From Aulosira sp. ZfuVER01 (GTDB lineage: Bacteria; Cyanobacteriota; Cyanobacteriia; Cyanobacteriales; Nostocaceae): a stretch of 64,000 bases of DNA. The notes under the pieces are model-generated. The model made no database searches. It saw only the letters and a program-made list of their open reading frames with translations, and was not told where the DNA came from. The stretch covers positions 32,001 to 96,000 of the forward strand of contig JAVRCV020000022.1 of assembly GCA_034530615.2 (NCBI GenBank), written 5' to 3'. Below are positions 45,027 to 54,189 of the stretch, in pieces (the first letter of the stretch is position 1; each line of letters opens with the position of its first letter). Position numbers and translations under genes: made by a program.

Positions 45027-45180
45027 GTTTGCTATCAGGCTAATTAAAGGTTTTGACTTTGCAATGATTGATAGCGATCGCCTAATCTCTATACTTGGAT
45101 ACTGCAATCCAAAATTTACAATTAGTATCAATTATAACATAACATTTAAAATTGCATAGAATACAGACTATGAACATTCG

Positions 45181-45726
45181 TTAGGCTGACGCACCATCTT
45201 TAAAGTTAGTCTGATTTTCAATTGATTCAAAAAACTGCGAAATTTGTTTAGTCGAGCGAATGTGATAAACACTTTTGATGCTTTGAGCCTGCTCGATGTA
45301 CTTGCGATATTTTGGGGTCAAATATTTATGACATAACCAAAGCACGCGGTAGCTACTAAGCGAACTCTTGAATATTGGAGTGTTTTCCGGCCAGCCTTGT
45401 GGCGGTTTAAAGTAACCTGTGATCAATCGTTTAGTTACCCACCACCCATGCATATATAGCGGGAGATCGACAAAAACCAGAGTATCCGCCTCTTCCAGTC
45501 GTGGCCAGAGGGTTTCCATGCAACCAAACCCGTCAATAATCCAGCGATCGCTAGCTAAAATTTGTTCATGGGCGCGCTTATAGTCTTCATGTGGAACCTC
45601 AGCACCCCCTGGTTGATATTGAATCTTGTCCAAGACATGAAGTGGCAAACCAGTGATTTGGGATAATTTCTGGCTGAGAGTTGATTTACCGCCTCCAGCA
45701 TTGCCAAACACCGCTACTTTTTTCAT
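45181..45726 (-). CDS. Adenylate kinase-like / FlaR-type P-loop protein
   Basis: GNAGGGKST, LD, WIIDG. Confidence 0.8.
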   Translation of the reverse strand: MKKVAVFGNAGGGKSTLSQKLSQITGLPLHVLDKIQYQPGGAEVPHEDYKRAHEQILASDRWIIDGFGCMETLWPRLEEADTLVFVDLPLYMHGWWVTKRLITGYFKPPQGWPENTPIFKSSLSSYRVLWLCHKYLTPKYRKYIEQAQSIKSVYHIRSTKQISQFFESIENQTNFKDGASA

Positions 45727-45967
45727 TGCCAGTCTCCTTTTAGCGCCATCCAGTCCTGAAATTTTTGCGTTTATCCGGAATAAAAACCATGCTGTTCCAA
45801 ATTGTGTAATCCCATTCTCACAATCGCTTCCACTTATCCTCATCTATCCGGCAACTGCTATATTTCAGTTGATCATCTAGAGATTATGCCGCTCGTCTAA
45901 AATCTGCTTTTAGTAATCCATACAAATAATCATCAATACAGTAAATAAATGAATCTCTTATCTTTTG

Positions 45968-47179
45968 TTAGCCACCATCCCCGGATAAATTTAGCTCCCC
46001 ATAAACATTGATATCAAATGTAAATTGAATATGGATGTATTTGTTGGGATAGCCTGTAGGCAAAGGTGCAAAGGGTGCAGATCGCTGTACGGCGCTGAGT
46101 GCTGCTCGATCGGTAATGCTAAATCCAGAAGTTTGTGCTAGCTGGAGATTGCTCAGTTGACCGGAACGGTTAATACTGAAGTTAAGCACCGTTCGCCGGG
46201 AAGACTGGCTCACTCCTGGAAGCCATTGCTGCTTCACACGTTGCTGTAATTCTTTTAAGTAAGAGGTAATATCTATATCTTGGCTTGTGGCATCAATACC
46301 ATCAGGAGCTTGGCGATCGCGGTTGGAATTAGGTAAGGCTGCCAAATTATCGCCACTAAAATTGCGACTAGATACACTCATAGTACCGCCCAGCAAACTA
46401 GCTGCACCTGTTTTAGAAGGCATTGCTGGAGGCTGAGTTCGTCCACTTAATCTAGTTCCTCGCTGGCCTAAATTCTGAGGATTAGGTACTGGTGATGTTG
46501 CAAGCGCTGTTTTTCGCGGTAGGGCTGGCGGTGGTGTAGTTGGCGCTACGGCAATTTTCTTCGGCTTGGGTGCTGGTGGTGTGGTTGCACTTGCGATCGC
46601 TGTTGGCTCAACTTTGGGCGCTGGTGGTGTAGTTGTTGCTAAGGCAATTTTCTTCGGCTTGGGTGCTGGTGGTATGGTTGCACTTGCGATCGCTGTTGGC
46701 TCAACTTTGGGCGCTGGTGGTGTAGTTGGTGGTATGGTTGCAGATGCTAACTTTGTTGTTTGCGGCTTAGGTTGTTGAGGAGATAGATTTGGTGATTCCG
46801 CTTTCTGTGGCCTTAGTTTTGGCTGGAATACCTCTGCTGGAGATAAGGCTTTTAAGTCAGAAGGACTCTTGCTAGAAGCTTTATGTGCATCTATTCGCGG
46901 TTTAACAGCAGAAACAGGCCTTTTTGGTAAAGCTTTACCACCCGCAATTGAATCTTTAGTAGCTCGAAATGAGGATTTTGGGGGTAGCTGCGTTTCATTG
47001 GGAGAAACTTCAACTATCTCAATTGGAATCTCTTGCTTAGGCTCAGGCATAAAAGCTTTGAGCCAATACTTGCTCCCCATCATTAAAGTAGAATGCAGAA
47101 GGATCGAAGTTACTAAACCTAGGAGCATCTGTGCTGGGCGCACTCTCCGATAGCGCTGAAATTCATGAGAAAAAGCCAT
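45968..47179 (-). CDS. TonB family protein
   Basis: S..LH TM anchor, Pro-rich repeats, TonB_C (SG...DRAALSAV...APFAPLP). Confidence 0.85.
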   Translation of the reverse strand: MAFSHEFQRYRRVRPAQMLLGLVTSILLHSTLMMGSKYWLKAFMPEPKQEIPIEIVEVSPNETQLPPKSSFRATKDSIAGGKALPKRPVSAVKPRIDAHKASSKSPSDLKALSPAEVFQPKLRPQKAESPNLSPQQPKPQTTKLASATIPPTTPPAPKVEPTAIASATIPPAPKPKKIALATTTPPAPKVEPTAIASATTPPAPKPKKIAVAPTTPPPALPRKTALATSPVPNPQNLGQRGTRLSGRTQPPAMPSKTGAASLLGGTMSVSSRNFSGDNLAALPNSNRDRQAPDGIDATSQDIDITSYLKELQQRVKQQWLPGVSQSSRRTVLNFSINRSGQLSNLQLAQTSGFSITDRAALSAVQRSAPFAPLPTGYPNKYIHIQFTFDINVYGELNLSGDGG

Positions 47180-47419
47180 GTTATTGTGCTTTTGCGTGAT
47201 AGATTACAGCCTCAGTCGTCTCTTTCCAGGGTACAAGCTTTACCGATACTCTTGGCACAGGCTAAACAAAGTTCTATCGTTTTACATGGCAGTGTTGAAG
47301 AAAAATTCAAAGGTCACAAGACAGGAGCATAAATTTTGACTCCTGACTCCTGAATTATATTTGGATAAACTTTTGTAATTAATACCCAATAACTCTTTAG
47401 TTTCACTGATGATGACGGT

Positions 47420-47892
47420 GTTTCCATCCCCTTTCGGGGCGATGTGATTGGAAAGACATGTGTAACATATGCTACATACGTATGGAATCAAATGTTTCCA
47501 TCCCCTTTCGGGGCGATGTGATTGGAAAGACCTGCAAAGTGCTGGCGCAAAGTACGACATTTGTGTTTCCATCCCCTTTCGGGGCGATGTGATTGGAAAG
47601 TCAGCGTTAGGAATCGACCCTGACAAACCTGTAGTTAATCGTTTCCATCCCCTTTCGGGGCGATGTGATTGGAAAAGTAAAATTTTTTACACACCCAGCA
47701 GTCAGCAGTTTGAGTTTCCATCCCCTTTCGGGGCGATGTGATTGGAAAGTGACTTGGTTAGCTATGAAAATAGTGATACCAGGGGTTTCCATCCCCTTTC
47801 GGGGCGATGTGATTGGAAAGTACTTCTACTGCTACTGCTCCTACCAACCCTCCAACGTTTCCATCCCCTTTCGGGGCGATGTGATTGGAAAG
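47420..47892 (-). CRISPR. Orphan CRISPR array, 7 repeats / 6 spacers
   Basis: 36-bp repeat CTTTCCAATCACATCGCCCCGAAAGGGGATGGAAAC (minus) at 47420, 47494, 47565, 47641, 47714, 47785, 47857; leader 47893-48080. Confidence 0.95.
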
Positions 47893-48271
47893 AGTTCACT
47901 TTTGGAAGCCTTACAGAGACAGGGTTTGAGATACCCGAATCGACGCATCTCTGAAAAATTGCAAAAAGTTTTCCAAAAATTGTCAATTTTGCAGTCCCAA
48001 AGCCTTACTAGGCAAGTCATCGACGCACCTTAACGAAGTTATGCGGTTTTCAAGGTTCGGACGAGATGCGTCGATGAGCGACGCACGCTATTTTTAAAAT
48101 ATAACTTTTTAGATATTTAAGTCAAATTTATTACATAAAGTTTACAGAGAACTGAGTGATGAGCGATCGCATCTCCCCACCAAGAATTTTTGACGGCTTA
48201 ATAGGCGATGTCTGTCTTGAAAAGTTCAGATCGGCGGAAGCCGCCGCTCCGACTTTTCGCTACGACGGGCT

Positions 48272-48511
48272 ATGCCTACGCGCAATTTTGAGCCAACAGA
48301 CAAGATATGCGATCGCTCGTTAACAAGGCAAGCACTTTCTTTAACAAACCAAGCACGCTTAGTTAGTGGTGTAGCGTCGAAGTATGGCAAAGACAGTCGG
48401 GAATATGAACTAGCAGGTGCGGTACGAAAAAGCGAACGCGCTCGTAAAGCTACCATCACGCGGTTAAAATCAAGCGCAGAGGCAAAAGCAACTTCTACAG
48501 AAATACCATAA
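48272..48511 (+). pseudogene. 3' remnant of a hypothetical gene
   Basis: GVASKYGKDSREYELAGAVRKSER; 5' part replaced by repeats; tail duplicated at 59177. Confidence 0.45.
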
Positions 48512-48567
48512 TTTGAATGTGCGATCGCTTCTACAACTCAAACATCACCAGTTACAAGAGCGATCGC
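48432..48567 (+). repeat. 136-bp direct repeat, left copy
   Basis: Homologous to 59177-59312; last ~48 bp identical, bounded by two HIP1 sites. Confidence 0.85.
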
Positions 48568-48652
48568 TTTAAACTAGCAAGTGAAGTCCTTTGTCATTTG
48601 TCAACGCCTTTTTTACTTCTGAATTCTAGATTCTGACTCCTGAATTCTGCTT

Positions 48653-49432
48653 CTAATTAATCCCCAGTAACTCTTTAGTAGCTGTAGCATTGCCAACCAT
48701 ACGCGAATCGCTGAAAATTTGATTGAGAAATTCTTTGGTAGCATCAACAGCTAAAGCTCGTGCATTTGAAAATCCCTGTCGGCTATCATCGTCTTTATTT
48801 AATCCGGTGGGACAGAGAACTGGGACGCCATGACGGCATTTGCCTGTAGGAACACCACATAAACCTTGGCTGATGAGGAAATACCCAGAAGTCAATTGAT
48901 TTAAACCTGCACCGCCGAGTGTACTGGGATCTTGAGGACAAGTTGGTGTATTTTTATCGGCTCCGGAGAATTCTTCCCGTCCTAATTTAGTGTTAATGTT
49001 AGGGCTGCTATGTCCCATTTCTACCCAATTACTGTGAGCGTAAAAGTCTTGGAGAGTATGCAAGGCTCCGCCTAAATCTTTACGTGCTGAAGACGCTTCT
49101 GGATCTGAATCAATAACTTTAGTAATGCTTCTTTCTTTAAGGCGGATCAAGCGTTTACTACCACCCAGAAAATCTTCACCATCAAAATGCTTTTCTGTAT
49201 CAGCCTGGTTGACTGGTTGATCCGTATCTTTATTAGCATCAACAATTTGCTGGATAGCTCGCTGGGAAAATTGTAACTTCTCATTATTAATTACAGGTTG
49301 AGTAGCAGCCAGTGCCTCTCTTGTGATTGCTTCATGTATAGGAACCTTAAAAGCTAAGGCCGATTTAGGCATCCATAAAATTAGTGCTAATGTCAATAGC
49401 ACCGCCATAGTAATTTTTTTCAAACTTTGCAT
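48653..49432 (-). CDS. Secreted HET-C/VWA7-N-like (Zn phospholipase C/P1 fold) protein
   Basis: Signal peptide ALA|F, HE, HFD, LHTLQDFYAHSNWVE, LNKD. Confidence 0.65.
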   Translation of the reverse strand: MQSLKKITMAVLLTLALILWMPKSALAFKVPIHEAITREALAATQPVINNEKLQFSQRAIQQIVDANKDTDQPVNQADTEKHFDGEDFLGGSKRLIRLKERSITKVIDSDPEASSARKDLGGALHTLQDFYAHSNWVEMGHSSPNINTKLGREEFSGADKNTPTCPQDPSTLGGAGLNQLTSGYFLISQGLCGVPTGKCRHGVPVLCPTGLNKDDDSRQGFSNARALAVDATKEFLNQIFSDSRMVGNATATKELLGIN

Positions 49433-49478
49433 ACCTGAATATCTCCAAAGTACAGGAAAAAAACCTTAGTGGGGAATG

Positions 49479-51200
49479 CTACTCGTAGCTAGAATCGTAA
49501 TGATAATCTGAAGCTAAAACCAGTCGCCAACTAGTATCTTGAGTGAGTTCTAGCGCGTATTGATGATAATTTAATAAGGTAGATCTGTGACCAACGCTGA
49601 TAAAAGTTGTTTCAGTTTGTCGCAATTGTTGGTAGAGATTTTCCTCATTCTGCAAATCTAAAGCACTAGTTGCTTCATCCAAAATAACGTAACGCGGACG
49701 TGTCACTAATATGCGTGCAAAAGCGAGACGTTGTTGTTCTCCTAAAGACAATATATTTTCCCAATACACCTCTGCATCCAAACCACCAACTCTTGCAAGT
49801 AAGTTTTGCAGATTGACTTGTTCTAAAACTTGTTCGAGTTCCCGATCTGTAACAGCAAGATTTCTATTGGGATATAATAGTTGTTCTCGCAGAGTTCCCA
49901 AAATTAGATAGGGACTTTGGGGTAAAAACATCATTTCTGCTAAATTTGGTCGTACTAAATGACCTGTACCAGTGTTCCACAAACCGGCAATTAGTCGTAG
50001 CAGAGAACTTTTACCAGAGCCGCTAGAACCTACAATTAACAATCCACCAGGTTCAACTGATACTGATAAATCTTGAACTAAAACTCTCTCATAGTTAGGA
50101 GTTTGTAAAGTGACTTGTTCGAGGGAAATACGCTCTGCTTCTACTGTTTCAATAGTACTACCAGAAACTGTTGTATTTGCTGCTAAAGCATTTAAAAAAG
50201 TAGCGGCGCGATCTATCAAACTTGCCAGTGAACCGAAAGAGCCAAACTGAGAGATAATAACTGAAAACGCACCTGCGACTTGAGCGCAAGCTATAGTTGC
50301 TTGAGAAATTTCTCCTAGTTCTATTTGACCGACGAAATATAAAGGTGCTACCGTTAAAAACGGAACTATATAGAGAAAAGATTGATAACCATTGATAAAT
50401 AATTGAAGATTTCGCTGCCAATCTAGAATATTATTTGAGCTTTCAATCAGTTTAGTAAATCTTCTATTCAGAATACTTGATTCCTGAGCTTCTCCTCGGA
50501 AAAAAGCAATAGATTCAGTATTGTTGCGAACATGAGTTAAAGCATAGCGGTAATCAGCTTCTGCTTTAAATTTATCCGTATTCATATTACTCAGTTCGCG
50601 ACCGAGGAAAATTGTTATAGCATTGCCTATAATGGCATAAATAATTAAAACAAATACTATTAGTTTGGAAATAGACCAAAGAATTCCAATAAAAGCCATA
50701 ATTACCAGAGTTTTTTCCAAAACAATGAACAAAAAATTTAGCAATCCGTTAGGAATTGGTTCAAGCTCCTGAGATATGCGTTGGTCTGGATTTTCAATTT
50801 CTGGCTGAAAGGTAATTTGATAGTAAGCTTGTCCACGAAAATATTTATCCAGGAGATATGTGTTTAGCCATTGATACCAATCGAGAGCTAGCTTTTTTCT
50901 TAAGTACTCAGAGAACACTATTAGTGGCGTAATTACCGCAAAAGTCCCAATGTAAAGAAATAATAGGCGAAAAAAGTTTGGTGCATCTTTTTGTTCCAAT
51001 ACATCAAACAAGTCACGATTGATATAGCTGTTATATGCATTGAGGCTATTGTAAGATAGCAGTAATAACAGCAGTAAAGCTAACATAAACCATGACCACA
51101 AAATTTGTGGAATCGTCCTGAATCTTTCTTCAGAGGGATACCAGTAAAGTTTAGCAATAGTCAAAAATTGATTCCACAAATGACTGTCAAATATATTCAT
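49479..51200 (-). CDS. ABC transporter, fused permease/ATPase (YddA/ABCD type)
   Basis: NPDQRI, ESIAFFRG, GSSGSGKSS, LSLGEQQR, ILDEATS. Confidence 0.93.
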   Translation of the reverse strand: MNIFDSHLWNQFLTIAKLYWYPSEERFRTIPQILWSWFMLALLLLLLLSYNSLNAYNSYINRDLFDVLEQKDAPNFFRLLFLYIGTFAVITPLIVFSEYLRKKLALDWYQWLNTYLLDKYFRGQAYYQITFQPEIENPDQRISQELEPIPNGLLNFLFIVLEKTLVIMAFIGILWSISKLIVFVLIIYAIIGNAITIFLGRELSNMNTDKFKAEADYRYALTHVRNNTESIAFFRGEAQESSILNRRFTKLIESSNNILDWQRNLQLFINGYQSFLYIVPFLTVAPLYFVGQIELGEISQATIACAQVAGAFSVIISQFGSFGSLASLIDRAATFLNALAANTTVSGSTIETVEAERISLEQVTLQTPNYERVLVQDLSVSVEPGGLLIVGSSGSGKSSLLRLIAGLWNTGTGHLVRPNLAEMMFLPQSPYLILGTLREQLLYPNRNLAVTDRELEQVLEQVNLQNLLARVGGLDAEVYWENILSLGEQQRLAFARILVTRPRYVILDEATSALDLQNEENLYQQLRQTETTFISVGHRSTLLNYHQYALELTQDTSWRLVLASDYHYDSSYE

Positions 51201-51351
51201 TTTGGTTCTCTAGCTTCGACTATCTAAAATTTGAATCTTGGGCTAAGTTAAGTGTGGATATGTTTGCATATCAATGTAGACTGCCTACGATTTTCCTTGC
51301 ACATAAATTATATTTTGGACTAATCTATGAAGTGGCAATCTTGTCAAACTC

Positions 51352-52236
51352 CTATATTACTCCTAAAGTCATTTGGTAATACAGGTTTAAATTTTCCACT
51401 TTTCCGGCTAGTAATTCTCGTTCTCGAAAAGCGACGATTGTTCCTCTTATAGGTTGTTTTTGATAATAAGCATGTACTTTATCTGCTACATGATTGCGTA
51501 AGTTACCAATAAAATTCTCCGGATCTGAAGTAGGGCAATATAGGATTGTCTCTGGGTTAGCTTTAGAGAAACCAAACCCAAATGCCCAGCATTTATCTAA
51601 AAGCTCTAAAGCCACTGGAGACAAAAGTTTTGCTAGTAGCTGTTGTAAGTTAACTGCTGCTTGTAATTCTTGTTTGAGGATTCTCGTATACACTTCAATG
51701 GTGCTATAACCATTTAAGAAAAAATCAAAACCTACTACCACTAGACTGCTTTCCAAAATTAGTGGTTGCATCTCTGGCGGTGGGTTCCCCAAAGCAATTG
51801 CTTTTTCTATTTTTTCTGGATACTCTTGCATCACAAACCAGAGTTTCAGGCGCGAAGCTAATAGTTCGGGACGCAAATCGACTCCCACTAATATTTGTGT
51901 GAGTTTGTGAGGCTCAAAATCATTACCTAAAAATTGATGCAATAACCCATAATCTAATTGCACTCCATTTTTTGCTTCTACTTGGTTAAAAAAATTGAGT
52001 ACAGCATTGAATTGTTCAAAATCTGGGTGATTGCGAAATAGGTTAAATCGAGCGGGATATAGCTTGTCTTTCTCAATCTTACAAGAACACTCCAGCCCCC
52101 AATCTTCTGCTTGTTGAACAAAGTTCTCGAAAATATCTAACGGATAAAATGATTCAACTTGGAATACACGTTTATGTTCGCTAATAAAGTCTAGGTTTTG
52201 ATGGCTATCGAGCAAGGTTTTATTGGTAGTAATCAT
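51352..52236 (-). CDS. LynF/TruF/PagF family peptide prenyltransferase
   Basis: FISEHKRVF, YPLDIFE, LECSCKIEKDKLYPARFNL, GVDLR...SRLKLWF, NLYY. Confidence 0.88.
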   Translation of the reverse strand: MITTNKTLLDSHQNLDFISEHKRVFQVESFYPLDIFENFVQQAEDWGLECSCKIEKDKLYPARFNLFRNHPDFEQFNAVLNFFNQVEAKNGVQLDYGLLHQFLGNDFEPHKLTQILVGVDLRPELLASRLKLWFVMQEYPEKIEKAIALGNPPPEMQPLILESSLVVVGFDFFLNGYSTIEVYTRILKQELQAAVNLQQLLAKLLSPVALELLDKCWAFGFGFSKANPETILYCPTSDPENFIGNLRNHVADKVHAYYQKQPIRGTIVAFRERELLAGKVENLNLYYQMTLGVI

Positions 52237-52433
52237 TATTCGCAAAAGACCTAATTTGATAAGATATGGTCTTAACTAACATTTAGATCCGCTAAATTCT
52301 TCATGGACTATAGCGCGGATGAGCCAATTAGCATTATTTGTGTTAATGCTGCTTTAAAAGCTGAATGGGATGCTCGTAAGTTAGGTGCAGCATCGATTAT
52401 GAGAAAAGCAATCAGAATCTAGGCTTTATTAAA

Positions 52434-52976
52434 TTATGCTTGTGGCTTGTTAGGGCCAGGTAAACCAGCAGGCGTGTAGACAGGGGATTCACTCGCTAGT
52501 CGTCCGATAATGGTTAAGGTTGTAGTTGCTAGCAACATGGTGATATTCAGGATGCTACCAGGATCGATTCTCCCTGTTTTTTGAAACTTGTCGATCAGAT
52601 CGGCGATCGCAGGTAAGATTGCTAAAAGGGCTGTTGAAACTGCTCCCCAAAAAGTTTTACTTTCAAAAATGCTTTTAGATTGACTAAACTCTGTCCTATT
52701 AGGGCCGGGGAGACTATCAGGTGTATATACAGGTGTCTCAGCATCAATCCGTCCAATAATTGTTAAGCCTGTTGTTGCTAGTAACAATGAGATTTTGAAA
52801 ATGGTGAGGGGAGAAATTCTGCCATTCTTCAAAAACTCTTTAACCATGTCGGTAACGGCTGGAGTAATAGCCACAACAGCTGTCGAAACTGCTCCCCAAA
52901 AAGTTTTGCTTTCAAAAATACTTTTAGATGGATGAGAAGCAAAGACGGGTAGAACTGGTTCGGCAGAACTTTGCAT
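52434..52976 (-). CDS. Small membrane protein of two tandem repeats
   Basis: SKSIFESKTFWGAVSTA...LLATT.LTIIGR...PVYTP..LPGPN occurs twice. Confidence 0.7.
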   Translation of the reverse strand: MQSSAEPVLPVFASHPSKSIFESKTFWGAVSTAVVAITPAVTDMVKEFLKNGRISPLTIFKISLLLATTGLTIIGRIDAETPVYTPDSLPGPNRTEFSQSKSIFESKTFWGAVSTALLAILPAIADLIDKFQKTGRIDPGSILNITMLLATTTLTIIGRLASESPVYTPAGLPGPNKPQA

Positions 52977-53655
52977 AAAAATTCTCCAACTGAACGTTCT
53001 GTTTGAAGTAGTTTAATGAATCAAGCTGTAGAGGGCTGCAAATTTTGGAGTTATCTTGACCTAACTTAGTACTTCTCAAGCCTATATCTTGAGTTGGGTA
53101 ATAAAAAGTTACTTTTTCACCATTTATTTTCTGCAAAGGATTTGTATTCTACGGTAATACTTAGTGGCTAGCTAGTAACATCCTCCGGCAGATATAATTC
53201 ACAGGACTGAACTTAGCTCTAATTTTCTACAAAAAGAAGTATTGCCAATTACTGATGCAGATGTATATCAAATAGCATAAGATTACACTAACGCAGATAT
53301 AAAAAAATATTAGTTTTACTGAATAATATTTGCATATTTTTGGTGAATATTTCAAAAATCATCTAACTAAAAATATTAAAGAACTACTGGTGTTAGATTA
53401 ACAATATTTTGTTGAGTTTAAGTAAGTGTATTTTTGCAATCTCCAATCTGTATAAGTTTTACTGTAAAAAATAAAGTTATTACATATATATATAGTAATT
53501 TTAAATACATTATTTTGTTCATATTTTAAGACAATTATGTCTTTTTATCGTTAAAATTTGTAAATTTACTGCTTACTAAATAAAAAAATCTTTAATGATC
53601 GATGTGTCGACTTTAACAGTTTGATTAAGCTGAGAATTCAGTTGAGAGGTAATTT

Positions 53656-53937
53656 ATGTCTACCAATACTGTTAAGCAATCCTCTGCTAACTACTTAGAG
53701 CAGTTATTGCAGCGATCTGCGGTTGATGCAACATTTCGGGATGAATTAGCGGCTAATCCTGAATCTTTTGGTATTTCCTCTGATAGTAACCTTGTACTGC
53801 CAGCCGCAGTTCTAGAGCAAGAACAGTCCTGTATCGAATTGACTGATGATATTGCAGATAGGCTAATAATTGCAGCATGTCAAACCAGCTGCACTGGTGG
53901 CCCATACACTATCGTTTGTGATGGTTCAACCAAGTAA
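53656..53937 (+). CDS. Cinnamycin-family lanthipeptide precursor
   Basis: NHLP-like leader (RSAVDATFRDELAANP); 19-aa core CQTSCTGGPYTIVCDGSTK vs cinnamycin CRQSCSFGPFTFVCDGNTK. Confidence 0.92.
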   Translation: MSTNTVKQSSANYLEQLLQRSAVDATFRDELAANPESFGISSDSNLVLPAAVLEQEQSCIELTDDIADRLIIAACQTSCTGGPYTIVCDGSTK

Positions 53938-54189
53938 GTAATGCAATAATTTCATATTTCACAGTTGCATCCTGCTAAACCAGCTGTAAACTCTGGTTTT
54001 TGCATAAATGGGTGCAAAGAAAATTCCAAGTTTAGTAGCCCTTATTTCCCAGAGGAGCTAACTAAGCTGTATTTTCTCGTGAAAGAAAATCATTTTTTAG
54101 GCTAGCGTCGCAATATTTCTCATGTGACGCTAGTTTAATTCACTCAAACTCATATCTGGTACCTACATCCTGATAGGGTATAGATCGCA

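Noticed and set aside
46550..46745. Tandem DNA repeats in tonB
   Set aside because: Ordinary Pro-rich linker duplications
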